Below, piece after piece: positions 61,734 through 64,000 of a DNA stretch of 64,000 bases. The stretch's first letter is position 1; each line of letters opens with the position of its first letter. The notes under the pieces are model-generated. The model saw nothing but the letters and a program-made list of their open reading frames with translations, did no database searches and was not told the origin of the DNA. Made by a program: the position numbers and the translations under genes. The DNA lies in NCBI GenBank assembly GCA_038087875.1, contig CM075996.1:8992001-9056000 (forward strand), written 5' to 3'. This stretch comes from Malacoraja senta. Lineage: Eukaryota.

Positions 61734-64000
61734 GAGATTAAAAAAGTGTTCTAATTTGCAGAGAAGGGGGGAGAGGACAGAGAGAATGTCTCGGTTAAGT
61801 TGCAGAACATGTTTTCCACGTGATACAATGTCTTTGATGCACCTTGTTGGGAGATGGACAAGGGCGGTTAGATAGCGAAGGTACAATACAAAAGAATATT
61901 CTGGAATTCAGAGGCAGAACACAGCAGTTGCTGGGAATTCAATCCAAGATAGCATATGGGGAAGGCTCCGTAGCCATGGCAACGGTGAATGACTTTACAT
62001 CAGGAGCCGTCCAGCTCTGACACAAACAGGAAAGTTTGGTTATCTGAATTACCAGAACTCAATATCAAGTCCGGAGAGCAGCAACATGCAAGATGCGGCA
62101 CCTGGAGCTGACTCAAGAGTCTCCGCCCAGCGCGGCCTGTGGACTTCGGGAGCCGCGGACTCCGGTAGGAAGTGGCCGATTCGGAGCTCCAAGCCGCTGA
62201 GGTTGTCCTCCCGTTCCGACGTCGGAGTTCCATCGTTCCCGGCGAGCGGGCCTGAACATCGGGCCACCCGTAGCAGCGACTGCGGAGGGCTCGGGTGAAC
62301 ATCAAAGGACATCAGAGGAAGATGACTGAACTTTGGTGCCTTCCCTCACAATGGGGAACTTTGATTCTGCTGTGTGGGGATGCTTTATGTTGGAGTCTAT
62401 CGTGTGTTGTGTTCTTTTGTATTCGTATGGCTGTATGGTGACCACACATTTCACTGTACCAACTGGTGCATATGACAATAAATGTATCTTGTATCTTGTA
62501 AGAGTGTTTTATTGTCATGTGTCCCAGTTAGAACAATGAAATTCTTACTTGCAGCAGCGCAGCAGAATATGTAAACATAGTACACTGTAAACCATATAAT
62601 AAACAAGAAAAAAGTTCTGTGTGTGTGTGTGTGTATATATATACACATGCCCCACCCATACACACACATATATGTGTGTGTGTGTGCGTGTGTAGGAAAG
62701 AACTGCAGATGCTGGTTTGAATCGAAGGTAGACACCAAATGCTGGAGTAACTCAGCGGGACAGGCAGCATCTCTGCAGAGAAGGAATAGGTGACGTTTCG
62801 GGTCAAGACCCTTCTTCAGACTGATATATGTATGTATGTGAGCTTCACCACAACAGTGTATGGGCTCCCGGCACAGTGGGATGGAGAATTAAGGAGACAG
62901 GCAACCAGAAGCTCAAGGTCACTCCTGTACACTAGAAATGGAGAAAAAAAGACAAAGGACCTCGAGCAAACCCACGAGATGGCAGCTGCTGCAATGTTGA
63001 GCATAAACCAAAGTGTTGGTGGAACACAGAGGGTCAGTCAGCATCTGTGGAGGGAAGGACAGAATCTCTCTGGTTAAAATTAAATCCAAGGGTATAATCA
63101 TGTGACTAGGTCCATACGGTTGGCCACCAAATTGTGACAGAGAGATGGAGAAATGAATATGCAGAAGGAAAGGAAACTGAAGTCTATTCAGTCACGTGCT
63201 GCGTAGTGAGAGATTTTATACCCTCTCAAGGATTCTTTCCTCGATTGTCACTTTAATTGATGATCAGAAGGTATTTAATACACACTCACGAGCTCTCCAC
63301 AGAGACATTCAATGCCGTCGACAGATAAATCTTCCAAAAACACTCTTGATTAATAGTTTCTTTCTTGTAGATGCAGTAAAAACAGTAAGATAATTCATAA
63401 AAGCTTCTTCTTGTATAAGTACATTACAATCATACTCGTGGTCCTGCTCGTACATGGTCAAAAACGATGGTCTCTTCCCCGATCTAAACTAAACTCCTTG
63501 GGAGTCTGCGCGAGAATCCCAGCCGCAAACCACGCCTTGGACTTCGTATGAATCCCACCCACATAATTACAGGCCGATGATATTTAAAGTCTGAAGAAGG
63601 GTTTCAGCCTGAAACGTTGCCTATTTCCTTCGCTCCATAGATGCTGCTGCACCCGCTGAGTTTCTCCAGCACTTTTGTCTACCTAAAATTTAAAGATAAC
63701 TGGTTCTAGTTATAAGATACTGAGTTAAGCCAAATGGCTACCACATGCTGGTTCAGCCATTCAGTAAGACCACAGCTGATCTCTTACCTCACACAACTTA
63801 CTTGCAGTCATTCCATATTCTATGAAACATTTTACAGAGTTGGGTGACAGCTGTAGGGGAGTTGTTGAAGAGCAAAGAAAGGGATGAAACGAGACCTGGC
63901 TGGACCTTTGATTCATTTATTTCTCCTGTCGCCATCTGCTGGTTTATTAAAGTACTTGACAACCTCGGTCTACACCAGATTTCCATCCCTCTTCCTCGCT

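Noticed and set aside
63180..63590. Degenerate coding-like minus-strand sequence (…MYEQDHEYDCNVLIQEEAF…)
   Set aside because: Interrupted by stops and I cannot assign a family; a tBLASTx search would be needed.

Overview
Vertebrate genomic DNA that is mostly repeats. The mix of HE1-type V-SINEs, HER1/CR1 LINE tails and Penelope elements points to a cartilaginous fish, probably a skate or ray (inference). The only host gene is a FAM20C-like secretory-pathway kinase. Its first coding exon is on the minus strand (2994-3508), and its last five exons are on the plus strand (26704-54458) beyond a 200-N gap. The two terminal exons each carry a frameshift. The rest is CR1/HER1, Rex1/Babar, L2 and Tx1 LINE fragments, V-SINEs, Penelope pieces with hammerhead motifs, a structurally complete but decayed DIRS element, and several DNA-transposon derivatives (Harbinger, hAT, P-like, Sola-like, THAP-bearing ISL2EU-like). 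The most notable result is a ~143-bp SINE-like retroelement present in five copies with target-site duplications. Its 5' end is a minimal 53-nt HDV/CPEB3-type self-cleaving ribozyme and its 3' end is an RTE-like (GAA)n tail. A second, unrelated HDV-like ribozyme lies at 49114-49180. All coordinates and folds were derived by eye; no database searches were run.
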